64,000 nucleotides of DNA from a virus (lineage: Duplodnaviria; Caudoviricetes), in the IMG/VR virus record IMGVR_UViG_3300031134_000004, positions 160,655-224,654 of that record; one strand, written 5' to 3'. Below are positions 34,426-45,242 of this stretch, one piece after another (the first letter of the stretch is position 1; the number at the start of each line of letters is the position of its first letter). Below the pieces are notes generated by a model that saw only the letters and a list, made by a program, of their open reading frames with translations, was not told the origin of the DNA and ran no database searches. Made by a program: the position numbers and the translations under genes.

Positions 34426-36480
34426 TTAGCGTTGTGTTCCTTTGAACACGGCAGAAGCAAGTCTGGCAGGTAATGTGTCCCCCGCAAAACTGGCCCATCG
34501 AGCAGGACTTGTCCAACTCTCGAAGTTGCCCATCTGTTTGGTCAGATTGAGTTTAAGCTTTCGCCATTGATAGATTTGGTCAGCCAACCCCAAACCGGCG
34601 AGCACACCCATGTAGTCAGAAAAGACAGTGTCTTCATCGAACGTACCTTGGAATGCTTTGGCTGCATTACCGATTGCATCAATGCCTGTACCGATTGCTG
34701 TACCGGCTGCTGCGCCTGCGGTAGCGCCTGCGACTGCACCAACCACACCACCAGCACCCAAGCCGACTGCACCACCAGCAACGCCACCAATCTTTGCACC
34801 AGCCAAAGCCGCACCCATGCTAAAGCCTTGGTTAATCGGCATGTGCATGATCGACGACAAGTCTTTCACGGTGAACGTAACATCCACACCCATCACGTTG
34901 CCATCGTTATTAAAACCAAGGCTCGTGGTGCCGCGCGTGACGGTCAAGGAATCGATGATCCCCAAACGTGTCTGGCAGCGACCTTGATCGTAGAGTTCGA
35001 CCAAGAACGGACTCGTGTACGATTGCTTACCCGTGGACAATGGCAAAGCACCGGCCAAGAGCATGCACAAAGGCAGATGGATATTGAACAGTTGCGACAA
35101 TGGATTGCCGTACGCACTGGTCAAATGGATGGTGTACGACGACTGAGGAAGCGTAGCGACGGACGACTCCCAGTGTTCTGGAATATCCGTAAATGCCGCA
35201 CCGCCCAATGCCGCAATACCCGCCACACCGAACTGAGTGGAGACACCACTTGCAAAGTCTTTCGCTGCCTGCATGACAGCGCCCAAGGTTTTACCAACGA
35301 TACCATCGTCGATATTGCCCCCTGCAATACTGAACATCGTCGAGCGCGATTGGCTAGACGTACTGTTCATTTTGTTTTGCAAGTCAGACTGGCGCGTGGA
35401 GCTACTAAAGCTTTCACTAACTTGTCCCGTGGAGTTGACCCGGAACGAAGCGAAGGCACCACCGTCTTCAAGTTCTGCTTTCAAGAAGTCAAAGAAACCA
35501 TCGTCGTTGGCTGAGGCAGCGCCCAATTGCTCGGTTGCCGTACCTTCACCATCGACAACAGGCTGCGATGCACCAGCACCAAACCACTTGTCAAGATACT
35601 GTTGCCAGACTGGACGCTTTTCCACCAGCACCGGACCATAGAACTTTTGCACCATCTGATCGAAACTCAAATCAGAGTCGGCTGCAGCTCGTTGGTTTTG
35701 AATGTCAGCAAAGGCCAAACGCTGTGCGCGGTTAGCCAATGCATAGACGTCGATACTGCCACTCTTATTGATGACGTCGGGCATGAGTTTGTGCATCTTT
35801 TCACGCGCTGCATCATCGAACTGGTAGCCACCATTTAAGTCTGCTTGGTCAGCACCACCCAAACGCGGAACGATACCACGGTTCACGGCGATCTGGTTGA
35901 GCATGGTTGCCACGGCATTCCAATAAAGTGGCATCGTGGGTTTCAAGTAGTAGAACTTACTCGAAGGCATACCAAAAGCAAAGCGGGCACCCACACCCAA
36001 GGCATGAACTGCCAAGAGTTGCCAACTCATGATCGAGACCACAAAGCCAGCAGCACGACCAATCAAATAGAACGCGCTGTTAGCACGACCTGTGCGGGCC
36101 AATTGTCCTGCACCAGTATCGTAAAAGCCGGTAAAGAATTGGGTGAGTGAATTGAACTGCGCCACACCAAAGCGCATGTGAATGATCTGCGAATTGTCGT
36201 CGATCGCTTCACTGTAATACCGCCCCATCCCTTTGTACGAGAGCAAACCCGTACCACCGTTAAAGCGACCGCGTACTTTTGGATCAGCTGAGCGGGTAAA
36301 TTGAGGAGGAGGATTGATTGCGTAGTTACCACCAGGCGTTGTGTCCACGAATTTCAGACGCGCGCTAGAAGCAATGCGCTGTTGTAGATCCACCGCTTCG
36401 ATCAGTGGATTCCCTTTACTATCTGTAGGAAGCCGGAACGAATGGCGAATCCAACTAGCGTCCTTTAACATGGGACCCAT
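34426..36480 (-). CDS. Tail/baseplate protein following the tape measure (phiKZ gp182-like)
   Basis: KFVDTTPGGNYAINPPPQFTR.AD and GMGRYYSEAIDDN motifs; synteny downstream of the tape-measure transglycosylase. Confidence 0.75.
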   Translation of the reverse strand: MGPMLKDASWIRHSFRLPTDSKGNPLIEAVDLQQRIASSARLKFVDTTPGGNYAINPPPQFTRSADPKVRGRFNGGTGLLSYKGMGRYYSEAIDDNSQIIHMRFGVAQFNSLTQFFTGFYDTGAGQLARTGRANSAFYLIGRAAGFVVSIMSWQLLAVHALGVGARFAFGMPSSKFYYLKPTMPLYWNAVATMLNQIAVNRGIVPRLGGADQADLNGGYQFDDAAREKMHKLMPDVINKSGSIDVYALANRAQRLAFADIQNQRAAADSDLSFDQMVQKFYGPVLVEKRPVWQQYLDKWFGAGASQPVVDGEGTATEQLGAASANDDGFFDFLKAELEDGGAFASFRVNSTGQVSESFSSSTRQSDLQNKMNSTSSQSRSTMFSIAGGNIDDGIVGKTLGAVMQAAKDFASGVSTQFGVAGIAALGGAAFTDIPEHWESSVATLPQSSYTIHLTSAYGNPLSQLFNIHLPLCMLLAGALPLSTGKQSYTSPFLVELYDQGRCQTRLGIIDSLTVTRGTTSLGFNNDGNVMGVDVTFTVKDLSSIMHMPINQGFSMGAALAGAKIGGVAGGAVGLGAGGVVGAVAGATAGAAAGTAIGTGIDAIGNAAKAFQGTFDEDTVFSDYMGVLAGLGLADQIYQWRKLKLNLTKQMGNFESWTSPARWASFAGDTLPARLASAVFKGTQR

Positions 36481-36492
36481 GAATTTCTCCAA

Positions 36493-36534
36493 TAAAAAAG
36501 AAGAAGATTAGGGGTGGTGTGACCCACCCCTAAT
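36493..36534 (-). terminator. Terminator after the tape-measure gene
   Basis: ATTAGGGGTGG/CCACCCCTAAT stem with a U-rich tail on the minus strand. Confidence 0.7.
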
Positions 36535-36537
36535 GCT

Positions 36538-39500
36538 TCAGTAAGAAGGCTTGGCCATCGAAACGACAGCCTTCGGCGCAGCTTGTGGAATCTTTGCGGT
36601 GCTTTGCACAGATGCCTGAGCTGGTGGTGCTTTGGCCTCATCCTTACCCACACCCAAGCGCTCGAGCAAGGTGTTTCGGATGGTCTCCATGACCTTAAGG
36701 GTATCTTGCTGGACCTTAAGGCTTTTCTTCGACACATCTTCAATACTACCCAAGAGTTTGTCTTTCGTCTCTTGCTGGTATTGGGCTTGGACTTGGGCAT
36801 CACGAGCACGGGGTGACATGAAGCCTGCCATTGCTGCTGCATCTGCCGGAACAGGTTGCGCAGTTTGTGGTTCGGCAGGCGCCATGGCCGTAACAGTCGG
36901 TGCTGCTTGCTTTTGCGTCTGAGCGCCCGGTGCTTGGTTTGCAACAGGTACTGACAACGCATTGGCTGACTTACCACCCATGTTCGTAACTGGCGGAGCG
37001 CCATTGGATGCAGCACCTGCGGCAGCAACGACGCCGCCTGCAACACCTTCTGCCGTAGCAGGCGGCGGAGTATCAGTTGACTTACTACCTGCCAACTTGA
37101 TGCCTTCTGCACCAGCATCCAAACCGAAGGACTTGCCGCGGGAACGCACCTTGTTGTTCATCAATGCGTACACTTCAGACACAGTGCGAGGACGCCCGTT
37201 ATCAAAGAAGATGCTTGCATTGGCTCGCGCTTCCTTAGGCATGGCATTAGCTGCCAATGCATTCGGGTCAAGCGAGAAGAACTTCTTAGCACCACCCGAA
37301 CCCAAGAAGTGCGCCATGTACACGTCAGTGTCCGTGATTGGACGATTCACCGTCTTTTGCAAGTGGTGAATGTTGAGCTTCATGTACTCAGCACCCATCA
37401 AGGCGTTGGCACGCGGATCGGTCTGTGGGGTGTTTGGCGCAATGCCGTACTTCGGACCGTATCGCTGGAGCATCCATTGCCATGTGCTGTCAATGAATTG
37501 GTACAGACCCGAGGCGCTTGACGTCTTGGCTTTTACTGTGTAGTCAAAGCCCGACTCAATTGCTGCCATGGTCGCCATCATCTTCTCATCCACACCAACC
37601 ATCTTTGCCGCGGCAGTGATGGTGTCTTTCAGTGCTGCCCACGATTTGTTACCCGTTGGCTTTGGAATTGAATTGATGTCACCGCCCGTTCCACCTCCCG
37701 GCTGGACGATGTCGCGACCCCCATTGGTGTCTTGCGTTTTTGGACCACCAAAGAAACCAGTGACCGTATCTTTCACGCTGGTCCATGCTTCTGAAATAGC
37801 CCGCTTGGTTTGACCCAAGAAGGTTTTCGGTTCAGCAGGATTGGCATGCGCATCTTGACCTTTAGGCGTTTTCCCCGTCTGCTCATCGAGCACGATGCGT
37901 TTGGCTTCTTCTTTCAAGCCATTCACATTGCCTTCTACGGACTTAACATCGCTGTTCAATTCGTAGTTCGGCCACGGAGACGACGGCATTTGCCAGACAG
38001 AGGACGAGCTACCATTAAAGGCACTACTCGTCGTGTAGACAGCAATAGCCACATCCACCATTTGCGCAGGCTTTAAGACCGTGTACGCCATGGCGATGTC
38101 AGTCTTGTTCGTCGCATTGGCAAGCGCGGTGAGGTAGTTCATGTACACCGGCAAGAAACGCTTGGAGAACCACGCCATCCAATTTGCAGAGTCGTTATTC
38201 GTACCAGCATCCACGCCAAATGCAGGACCGGCAGTTTTCAGCGCAGTCTCAACAGAACCTTCCCACTTAGCCACATTGCCTTTGCCCCACTGGACTTCCT
38301 TGTTCACATAGCGTTCAAGAGAATCCAATGCCCGCGCTTTGTCCAAGACCAGTTCTTTCAAACCGTACGTCTTGTAACGAATCGCAGGAAGTGCATCGAC
38401 TTTACCAGTAGCGAACTGGTTATTGCCAATGGACACACCCATCGCGCTAATGACACCACGCGAATCGACCAGGCCTGTTGCCGAATCCACTGCTGTGACG
38501 CCAGCCAACATACCTGCGCTAATCTTGCCCGGTTCTTTGCTTTGGTTAGCGGTAGGCGCCATCATCGAAGCAGCTGCAGCCATCCCGACAGGTGCAACCA
38601 TGCCAGTAGGAGAATCTGCTTTTGTACCGAGCTGCTTTTCGATTTCGGTTTGCGCTTGTTCTGCAAAGGCTTTTACATGCTCACCCGTAGCAGGCAGCAT
38701 CTTCAAGTCAGCAAACGGTGAAGTGCGGGCATCGTACGGACCTGTTGGGAACTTCGCGATCGACAGGTATTCTTTCTTTTGCTCAGGCTTTAAGTCCGCA
38801 ATGTCATTCAACGTCTTTTGCGGGGCTACTTTATTGATAGCCGACATGTGCACAAGGTACACAGGCTTAAAGCGCTCAAGGAACCACTTGAGCCATGCGT
38901 TGACTTGATTCCCGTCTTTAAGGTCAACGTCAAACTTCTTGACGACTTCCTTAAAATCGATCTTCTTCTCATCGAGCCTTGCAACGCCATTGTCGTAGAC
39001 CAACCCTTTGACCAACTCGTCTTCCAGACCGAGCACAGTTTGCAGATGGGTCTCATCATCTGGCATGAAGCCGTACTGCGCGTAACGCATCTTGGAAAAC
39101 GCATCCAAGCGCTTACGAGTGATGTGGCCGTACGCTTTGTATGCACCATAGCCCAAAGCGCCGACTGCCAAACCCGTCAAGAGGATAGGCGCACTAATTA
39201 ATGCACCCGCCCCTGCCAAGAGCGCACCACCAGCCGTCATGATACCACCACCGATTGCACTAGCAGTTGCACCAATGCCCACGGTAGATGCCGCCAGACC
39301 AGCAGCAGACAAACCAGCATCTACGGCAGCCTCACCGTAGTTACCTTGTTGAAGGTTTTGGTATGCACTGTAGCCACCATAAGCAGCACCTGCCAGACCC
39401 AAGGATTTACCCAATCCACCCCAACCGATTTTACTACCCATGCGCTTGAGTAGGCCAGGACGACCACCACCGCGCGGACCACGTCCACGGCGACCACGTC

Positions 39501-42500
39501 GCTTCTTCTTACCTTTCTTACCATCCCCATCGCCATCCATACGGTCAGCAATGGCTTCACCGGCAGCGTTTTCCGCCACACCTTCGAGGAAGCCGTCTTC
39601 ATCATCCTCGTCGTCCTCTTCCTCATCCCCCTTCTTGCGACCGAGCATGGCCATCAAGCCTTTCATGCCGCCTAACTTGCTCAGCATGCCGGCTTCACCA
39701 TCAGCTTTCTTCCCCATTCCCAGTCGGTCTTTGAGCGCGTCTTTCTTTTTGCGCAAGGTATCCATGTAACTACCTTCACGCACGCCGTCACCATCGGCGT
39801 CGCCCAACACTTTCTTTTTCGCTTCAGGAAGGCGCTCGCGGATTTCTGCCAACACATCTGCCACCTTGGTCATGCCTGAGACTTCCAGACCGTCCTTCTT
39901 GGCAAACACACCGAACATCTTCTTGGTGCGTTCAGTCAGGTTCTTCAACCCTTCTTTGGCTCGCTCCTTAAAGCTACCAGCGCGCGACTTGGTCAGAGCA
40001 AACAGCTCTTCACCCATTTCCTTTGCGATCTCAGCCTTGGACAACCCTTTGTCTTTCAGGTTCTGGTACATCTCCTTGGCTTTGAGAATGGTTTCGGGAC
40101 TGACCTTGGTTTTGCCACGAAGGCGCGACCAGAGACCAGCACCGCGTTCTTTCATCGAACGCATGGTGTCTTCACCAAACTCTTTGTCGTCAAAGCTTGT
40201 CGGTTCTCCGGGCAAACGGGTATTGAGCAAGTCACGGATTTGGAGCAAGAGCTTTTTACTGCTATTGCCACCCACGGAATTGTTACTAAACATTCCCGTA
40301 CCGATATTGATCCCGCCAGTGCCTTTGAACCAGTCACCCATCCCTTTGACTAAGTGACTGCCTTTGTCCCACAATCCTTGACCGAGCTTTTTAGCACGGG
40401 CCGAGATATTCTGGTAAGCGCCTTTAACAGCGCCGACAATCTTACCCAGTCCAGTTTTGATCGGCTTACCGTTTTTATCCAGCAGACCCTTGGCGATGTC
40501 TTCTGCCGAAAGGACGACTTGGCCGGTGCTATCAACGACAGGGCCGTCAATGTCCGAGACCTTACGGATTTCATTACTCGTAATACGTGAGGAGTAACCA
40601 CCAACACGCATCGTGCGAGCGAGAAGCACTGGATCAGGATTGCCTTGAATGTAGACGTCTTGTGGACCGTCAAGCAGCATGTCGTACGCTTTCTTAGCCA
40701 AGTCTTGAGCAGTACCGAATACACCCGGCAACCGCGCCAGTCCTTGACCGATCTTACGCGCACCCCATTCACGCACCTTGGCCACGGTAGACAAGAGCTT
40801 ACGCACTGGTCCTGCCTTATAGAACGCTTTCTTTGCGTCTTCAGCCGACATGACAAGTTCACCGGCGCGATCAAACACGTCGCCCGTAATGTCCGTGATG
40901 TCTTTAACGAACTTCTTCTTTCCGTCTTCGATGACGTAGTAGTAGTCGCCCGCTTTGAGCTTTAGTGCTTGGATGCGTGGGATGAGTTCGCCATCGACAT
41001 ACACGTCCTTGTACTTCTTGGCCTTGTCCCAACCTTTCTCGCCCAGATCCTTGGCAAAGCCCCAACCCTTCTTAGCGTTACCCAAGATCGAGTCAGCCGT
41101 ATTACCAGCAAACTTACGACCAGCACCGAAGCCTTTCTTACCCAGCTCCCAGCCACCATTTGCCATGTCGCCCAGTGAGCGCTGCCACCAACGAGAACCA
41201 CCACCACCTGGCCCGCCACCCATATCGGCTTGACCACCCGGACCAGCACCAGCGCCGAAGTTAATCGTCACGCCTTGCTTGATCTTCTCTTCAATACGCA
41301 AGAGCGTATCGCTCATGGTAGTGGTGATGGCTTTGCTGCTGTGCTCTTTAATTGCTGCAATGGTTTCCGCTGCCGTACTCTTAATAGCGTCAATCATTTC
41401 CGTCACTTGAATCGTAACAGGACTAGGGGCAGGTGCACTACGAGCATCAGGAGCACTTGGTGCAGGCAGACTCGGCAATGGTGGAGGTGGTGGACCCATG
41501 AATGGGCTGTGACCGCCAGCATTAGGGCGCTGCGGATCGTCAGGCGAGATCGTTGCGTTTTCACCAGCCATGTATTCACGCAAACGCTGCATGTTAATGG
41601 CGTCGCTACCTGGCTTTAAGATCCCGAGTTCTTCGAGCACATCGCGGTTACCCGTGTTGATGTGGTCTTGCACGATCGCTTTGGCGTCACTGATGTTCGT
41701 ACCCAAGCGATTATGCATGCGTGAGAAGCGCAAGTTCTTTACGCCCTTCTCATTGTCAGCAAAGTAGTCCGAGAACAAATCGGAGAAAGTACCAGCATGA
41801 CGACCAGCTTTACCCGTGTAGGTATCGTAGTCTTTCAGGCGGCCTTCACTGGAAGAATTGTTCGACAAGTTATTATCGAGCAGGAATTCACCCAATGCTT
41901 TACGCTGCGCAGGATTGAGCTTGGTGCCGTCTGGATCAACTTCTTTGAGGATCTCATCGAGTTGGTCTTTCGTGGCCTTTTGCTCAGACTCTTTAACGAT
42001 GCTACGAAACACACTGTTTTTGAGTTGCGTCTTTTCTACGAACTTGTTGCTCGCGAAATCGTACGCTGTCAATTGAATGGTCTCATCACCCGTGCGGGTA
42101 ATTTGCAGTTCACGCAACATCCGGGCCAAGTAGCCTGGGATGATTTCCGTGATCGACTTGTGAGCACTGCGGTTGTAAGGAATCGGGTCTTGCATCGAGC
42201 GCATGGAGTCGCCCAGTACCGTAGTGTCTTCCCGGTTTGCACCGAAGATCGCATCCTTAAAGGTACGTACCAAGCCATCGAACATTCCGCCAGTTTCATG
42301 CTTATCGCTCTTGGCATAATCGACAAGCGTTTGTGGTACGTTCTCAGCAAAGTACTGCAAGCTGTTGCCTGCCTTGTCAACACGTCCTTCGGTATCGAAG
42401 CGGTTAATGAGCTTACGCACACCTTTACCTGCCCGCTTACCGATGGATTCAGCTGCCACACTACCAGCGATTTGTCCTGCCATTTCACCACGGCTTGGAC

Positions 42501-43527
42501 CACCACCCATCTCAGCCATTTCACGCTGCATCTCTTGCAGGTCAGCCAATCCGTCTGCTGCTCCGATGCCGTCACGGAAGTTATCCATGAAGCCACGGAA
42601 CTTTTCCATGGCAGCGTTACTCATGTTTTTACCAACGCGACCAATCATTTCCCGACGACGTGCAAAGACCGTGTCGTTCATGTTGTCGATGAACTTGTTA
42701 CGCAGCGCTTCATGCAAGCGTTCTGAGTTCTTCAGTTTCACAAAGTCCGGCAATGCCGTGTTCTTCATGATGGCATCGAGATTGGTCTTACTCTCAGCGT
42801 TGTACTTCTTTTGTTCTTCCAGCGCATCGACCGCCACAAAGTAGTGACGGTACTGAACTTCTAGACTTTTGCGCTTGTAGGCAACATCCACCTTTTCTTG
42901 GTAACTGGCGAGTTGTTGCAAGCTGACACGCATTGCATCGAGCTGACCGAGCATGTCGCGATGGCGATCATGCTGAACGCTGTCACGAATTGTTTCACGA
43001 GTTTCATTTTCTGCCTTATCTTGCTGTTGTTGTTGTGATTGGAATTTGAAGATATCGCCCAGCTGTGCTTGCAGGGATGCTTCACGCATCTGCTCTGCAT
43101 TCATGCCAGCGAATCCTTTGTCCGGATCGTTTTCTGACCACTTCTTAATCTTCTCGGCCATCTTGCGCGGCATGGCTGCTTCTACTGCGGGAAGCAAGCG
43201 CTTGGTCACGCGTTTCATGTCCTTAATGACTGGCTTGGCCTCTTTGGCAGCGTCATTGTATAGATTCCCGATCGTGCCAGCGGTTTGATCTGCCAAATCC
43301 ATGGCAGAGCCGTAGCCATCAGGGAGAGATTTTCTGATCAGTTTGCGGATAAAGCTCGGGCTCATGACCGAGTCTTTCACGCCATCTTTGAAACCCGACG
43401 CGACCTTGGTGAGCGCTTTGCGATCATCCTTGATGTCCGTGGAATCAAAGTTCATATCCGGCATGTCCAAGTCGCCGTCGAACCCAAATTCATCTCCGAG
43501 TTCGAATTGCTGCTTTTTCTTTGCCAT
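36538..43527 (-). CDS. Tape-measure-like tail protein with C-terminal lytic transglycosylase (phiKZ gp181-like)
   Basis: 2330 aa, mostly helical or low complexity; SLT motifs MAAIESGF, ASGLYQF, YMAHFLG; RBS AGGAG; divergent from the RNAP genes. Confidence 0.9.
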   Translation of the reverse strand: MAKKKQQFELGDEFGFDGDLDMPDMNFDSTDIKDDRKALTKVASGFKDGVKDSVMSPSFIRKLIRKSLPDGYGSAMDLADQTAGTIGNLYNDAAKEAKPVIKDMKRVTKRLLPAVEAAMPRKMAEKIKKWSENDPDKGFAGMNAEQMREASLQAQLGDIFKFQSQQQQQDKAENETRETIRDSVQHDRHRDMLGQLDAMRVSLQQLASYQEKVDVAYKRKSLEVQYRHYFVAVDALEEQKKYNAESKTNLDAIMKNTALPDFVKLKNSERLHEALRNKFIDNMNDTVFARRREMIGRVGKNMSNAAMEKFRGFMDNFRDGIGAADGLADLQEMQREMAEMGGGPSRGEMAGQIAGSVAAESIGKRAGKGVRKLINRFDTEGRVDKAGNSLQYFAENVPQTLVDYAKSDKHETGGMFDGLVRTFKDAIFGANREDTTVLGDSMRSMQDPIPYNRSAHKSITEIIPGYLARMLRELQITRTGDETIQLTAYDFASNKFVEKTQLKNSVFRSIVKESEQKATKDQLDEILKEVDPDGTKLNPAQRKALGEFLLDNNLSNNSSSEGRLKDYDTYTGKAGRHAGTFSDLFSDYFADNEKGVKNLRFSRMHNRLGTNISDAKAIVQDHINTGNRDVLEELGILKPGSDAINMQRLREYMAGENATISPDDPQRPNAGGHSPFMGPPPPPLPSLPAPSAPDARSAPAPSPVTIQVTEMIDAIKSTAAETIAAIKEHSSKAITTTMSDTLLRIEEKIKQGVTINFGAGAGPGGQADMGGGPGGGGSRWWQRSLGDMANGGWELGKKGFGAGRKFAGNTADSILGNAKKGWGFAKDLGEKGWDKAKKYKDVYVDGELIPRIQALKLKAGDYYYVIEDGKKKFVKDITDITGDVFDRAGELVMSAEDAKKAFYKAGPVRKLLSTVAKVREWGARKIGQGLARLPGVFGTAQDLAKKAYDMLLDGPQDVYIQGNPDPVLLARTMRVGGYSSRITSNEIRKVSDIDGPVVDSTGQVVLSAEDIAKGLLDKNGKPIKTGLGKIVGAVKGAYQNISARAKKLGQGLWDKGSHLVKGMGDWFKGTGGINIGTGMFSNNSVGGNSSKKLLLQIRDLLNTRLPGEPTSFDDKEFGEDTMRSMKERGAGLWSRLRGKTKVSPETILKAKEMYQNLKDKGLSKAEIAKEMGEELFALTKSRAGSFKERAKEGLKNLTERTKKMFGVFAKKDGLEVSGMTKVADVLAEIRERLPEAKKKVLGDADGDGVREGSYMDTLRKKKDALKDRLGMGKKADGEAGMLSKLGGMKGLMAMLGRKKGDEEEDDEDDEDGFLEGVAENAAGEAIADRMDGDGDGKKGKKKRRGRRGRGPRGGGRPGLLKRMGSKIGWGGLGKSLGLAGAAYGGYSAYQNLQQGNYGEAAVDAGLSAAGLAASTVGIGATASAIGGGIMTAGGALLAGAGALISAPILLTGLAVGALGYGAYKAYGHITRKRLDAFSKMRYAQYGFMPDDETHLQTVLGLEDELVKGLVYDNGVARLDEKKIDFKEVVKKFDVDLKDGNQVNAWLKWFLERFKPVYLVHMSAINKVAPQKTLNDIADLKPEQKKEYLSIAKFPTGPYDARTSPFADLKMLPATGEHVKAFAEQAQTEIEKQLGTKADSPTGMVAPVGMAAAASMMAPTANQSKEPGKISAGMLAGVTAVDSATGLVDSRGVISAMGVSIGNNQFATGKVDALPAIRYKTYGLKELVLDKARALDSLERYVNKEVQWGKGNVAKWEGSVETALKTAGPAFGVDAGTNNDSANWMAWFSKRFLPVYMNYLTALANATNKTDIAMAYTVLKPAQMVDVAIAVYTTSSAFNGSSSSVWQMPSSPWPNYELNSDVKSVEGNVNGLKEEAKRIVLDEQTGKTPKGQDAHANPAEPKTFLGQTKRAISEAWTSVKDTVTGFFGGPKTQDTNGGRDIVQPGGGTGGDINSIPKPTGNKSWAALKDTITAAAKMVGVDEKMMATMAAIESGFDYTVKAKTSSASGLYQFIDSTWQWMLQRYGPKYGIAPNTPQTDPRANALMGAEYMKLNIHHLQKTVNRPITDTDVYMAHFLGSGGAKKFFSLDPNALAANAMPKEARANASIFFDNGRPRTVSEVYALMNNKVRSRGKSFGLDAGAEGIKLAGSKSTDTPPPATAEGVAGGVVAAAGAASNGAPPVTNMGGKSANALSVPVANQAPGAQTQKQAAPTVTAMAPAEPQTAQPVPADAAAMAGFMSPRARDAQVQAQYQQETKDKLLGSIEDVSKKSLKVQQDTLKVMETIRNTLLERLGVGKDEAKAPPAQASVQSTAKIPQAAPKAVVSMAKPSY

Positions 43528-43600
43528 GAAATACACTCCTAGTGGATGGGTCAAACAGCGACCCCTTCATAGTTTTACGTTTATTCAAGGAAATACAATA

Positions 43601-45229
43601 ATGGTAGCCCGTTCAGAAATTCCATTTAACGTGAGTATCTTGGACCTGACGGCCAAGAAGCTCGAAGCGTTACGGCCGGTGCGTTCACTCGATATTTTCG
43701 AAGGTGGTGGCGGGTCGAACTTCCACGACGACGGTCTGTTTAGTGTCAGTATCTTCGGTAAGGTCGGTGACGAAAAGCGCAGCCAGCGTTACTCGTACAT
43801 CGACATCAAAATCCCAATCTTCCATCCGGTCATCTATAAAGCACTGCTGCAATTGAAACGCCTTTATGGCGGCATTATGGCAGGCACCGAATATGCCCTG
43901 TGGAACGACGACTTGCAAGACTTCGAGCGCTCAGACCCAGTCAATGGCAAAACCGGGTACGCTTACTTCATGCAGTATTGGAAGGCCATCAAGTTCGAAG
44001 AGACCAAGAGCGATGCGCGGCAACAGAACATCTTGATGCTCGAAAAGTACAAAGCCCAAGCCATGACGGACAAGATCGTCGTGATGCCTGCTGGTTTGCG
44101 TGACGTGGAAATCAACAATGATAACCGCGTTGAGAAAGACGAGATCAACAACTTCTACCTGCGCCTGTTGGGTGTAGCAAACACTATCTCTGACGTCTCG
44201 GCCCGTACCAATCCCGAGATGCTTAACAATGCACGTTACTCACTGCAGTCGACCTTTAACGAACTGTTCGAATACATCGAGCGCATGATCGAAGGTAAGA
44301 AGAAGCTCTTGATGGGCAAGTGGGCATCGCGTCGTATCTGGAATGGCACGCGTAACGTTATCACGGCCATGGACACGAGTACGCCGTACTTGGGTGGCAA
44401 TGGTGCAGTGCGCTTTAACAACACCGTGCTGGGTCTGTACCAAGGCTTGAAATCGATTATGCCGGTAGCGCGCTATCTGGTTCGCAATGGCTTCTTGTCG
44501 AAGGTCTTCACATCGGTCGATGCACCTGCTCGCTTGGTGGACAAGAAAACACGCAAGCTTGTGGAAGTCAAACTCAAGCCGCAGTACTTTGACCGCTACA
44601 TGACCGATGAAGGTATCGAGAAAGTCATCACGGCGTTCGGTGAAGAAGACATGCGTCACAAACCACTGGAGATCGAAGGCCATTACGTGGGCTTGATCTA
44701 CAAGGGACCAGACGGCACGTTCAAGATCATCCAGGACATCGACGACATTCCCGACACACGCAGTAAGCTCGACGTGTCACCCTTGACCTTCTGTGAGCTG
44801 CTGTACTTGTCGTGCTACAAAGACCTGAATAAGTATCCACTCTTTGTCACGCGTTACCCGATCACGGGCGTGGGTAGTATCTACCCAAGTAAAATGTATG
44901 TAAAGACCACCATCAAATCCGACGTGCGACGTGAATTGTCCGACGCATGGGAACCGATGGATGATGCACACGTAGCGTACTCCTTCCCTGAAAAGGGCGG
45001 GGCGTTTGTCAATAGCTTGGTGCCGCACTCGGCCAAACTTGATGGCTTGACCGCTGACTTCGATGGCGACACCGCCTCGGGCAATGCGACGTACTCGGAC
45101 GAATCCATCAAAGAAGTCGATACGTACTTCCAGCAAAAGAAAGCCTACGTCGGCACGGACGGTAACTTTATTTCGTCAGTGGCTGTAGCTACTGTGGAAC
45201 TCGTTCTGTATAACCTCACAGACGACTAA
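43601..45229 (+). CDS. rpoC: Virion RNA polymerase beta-prime subunit, N-terminal piece (phiKZ gp180-like)
   Basis: Catalytic ADFDGD, DGLFS..IFG, TRYP and GK...RR..NGTRNVIT motifs. Confidence 0.93.
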   Translation: MVARSEIPFNVSILDLTAKKLEALRPVRSLDIFEGGGGSNFHDDGLFSVSIFGKVGDEKRSQRYSYIDIKIPIFHPVIYKALLQLKRLYGGIMAGTEYALWNDDLQDFERSDPVNGKTGYAYFMQYWKAIKFEETKSDARQQNILMLEKYKAQAMTDKIVVMPAGLRDVEINNDNRVEKDEINNFYLRLLGVANTISDVSARTNPEMLNNARYSLQSTFNELFEYIERMIEGKKKLLMGKWASRRIWNGTRNVITAMDTSTPYLGGNGAVRFNNTVLGLYQGLKSIMPVARYLVRNGFLSKVFTSVDAPARLVDKKTRKLVEVKLKPQYFDRYMTDEGIEKVITAFGEEDMRHKPLEIEGHYVGLIYKGPDGTFKIIQDIDDIPDTRSKLDVSPLTFCELLYLSCYKDLNKYPLFVTRYPITGVGSIYPSKMYVKTTIKSDVRRELSDAWEPMDDAHVAYSFPEKGGAFVNSLVPHSAKLDGLTADFDGDTASGNATYSDESIKEVDTYFQQKKAYVGTDGNFISSVAVATVELVLYNLTDD

Positions 45230-45242
45230 CCGAAAGAATAAC

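Noticed and set aside
34690-34815. Gly/Ala-rich low-complexity repeat (GAAAGTAIG...) in the gp182-like gene
   Set aside because: Protein-level glycine-zipper-like segment within the CDS; no independent DNA repeat element
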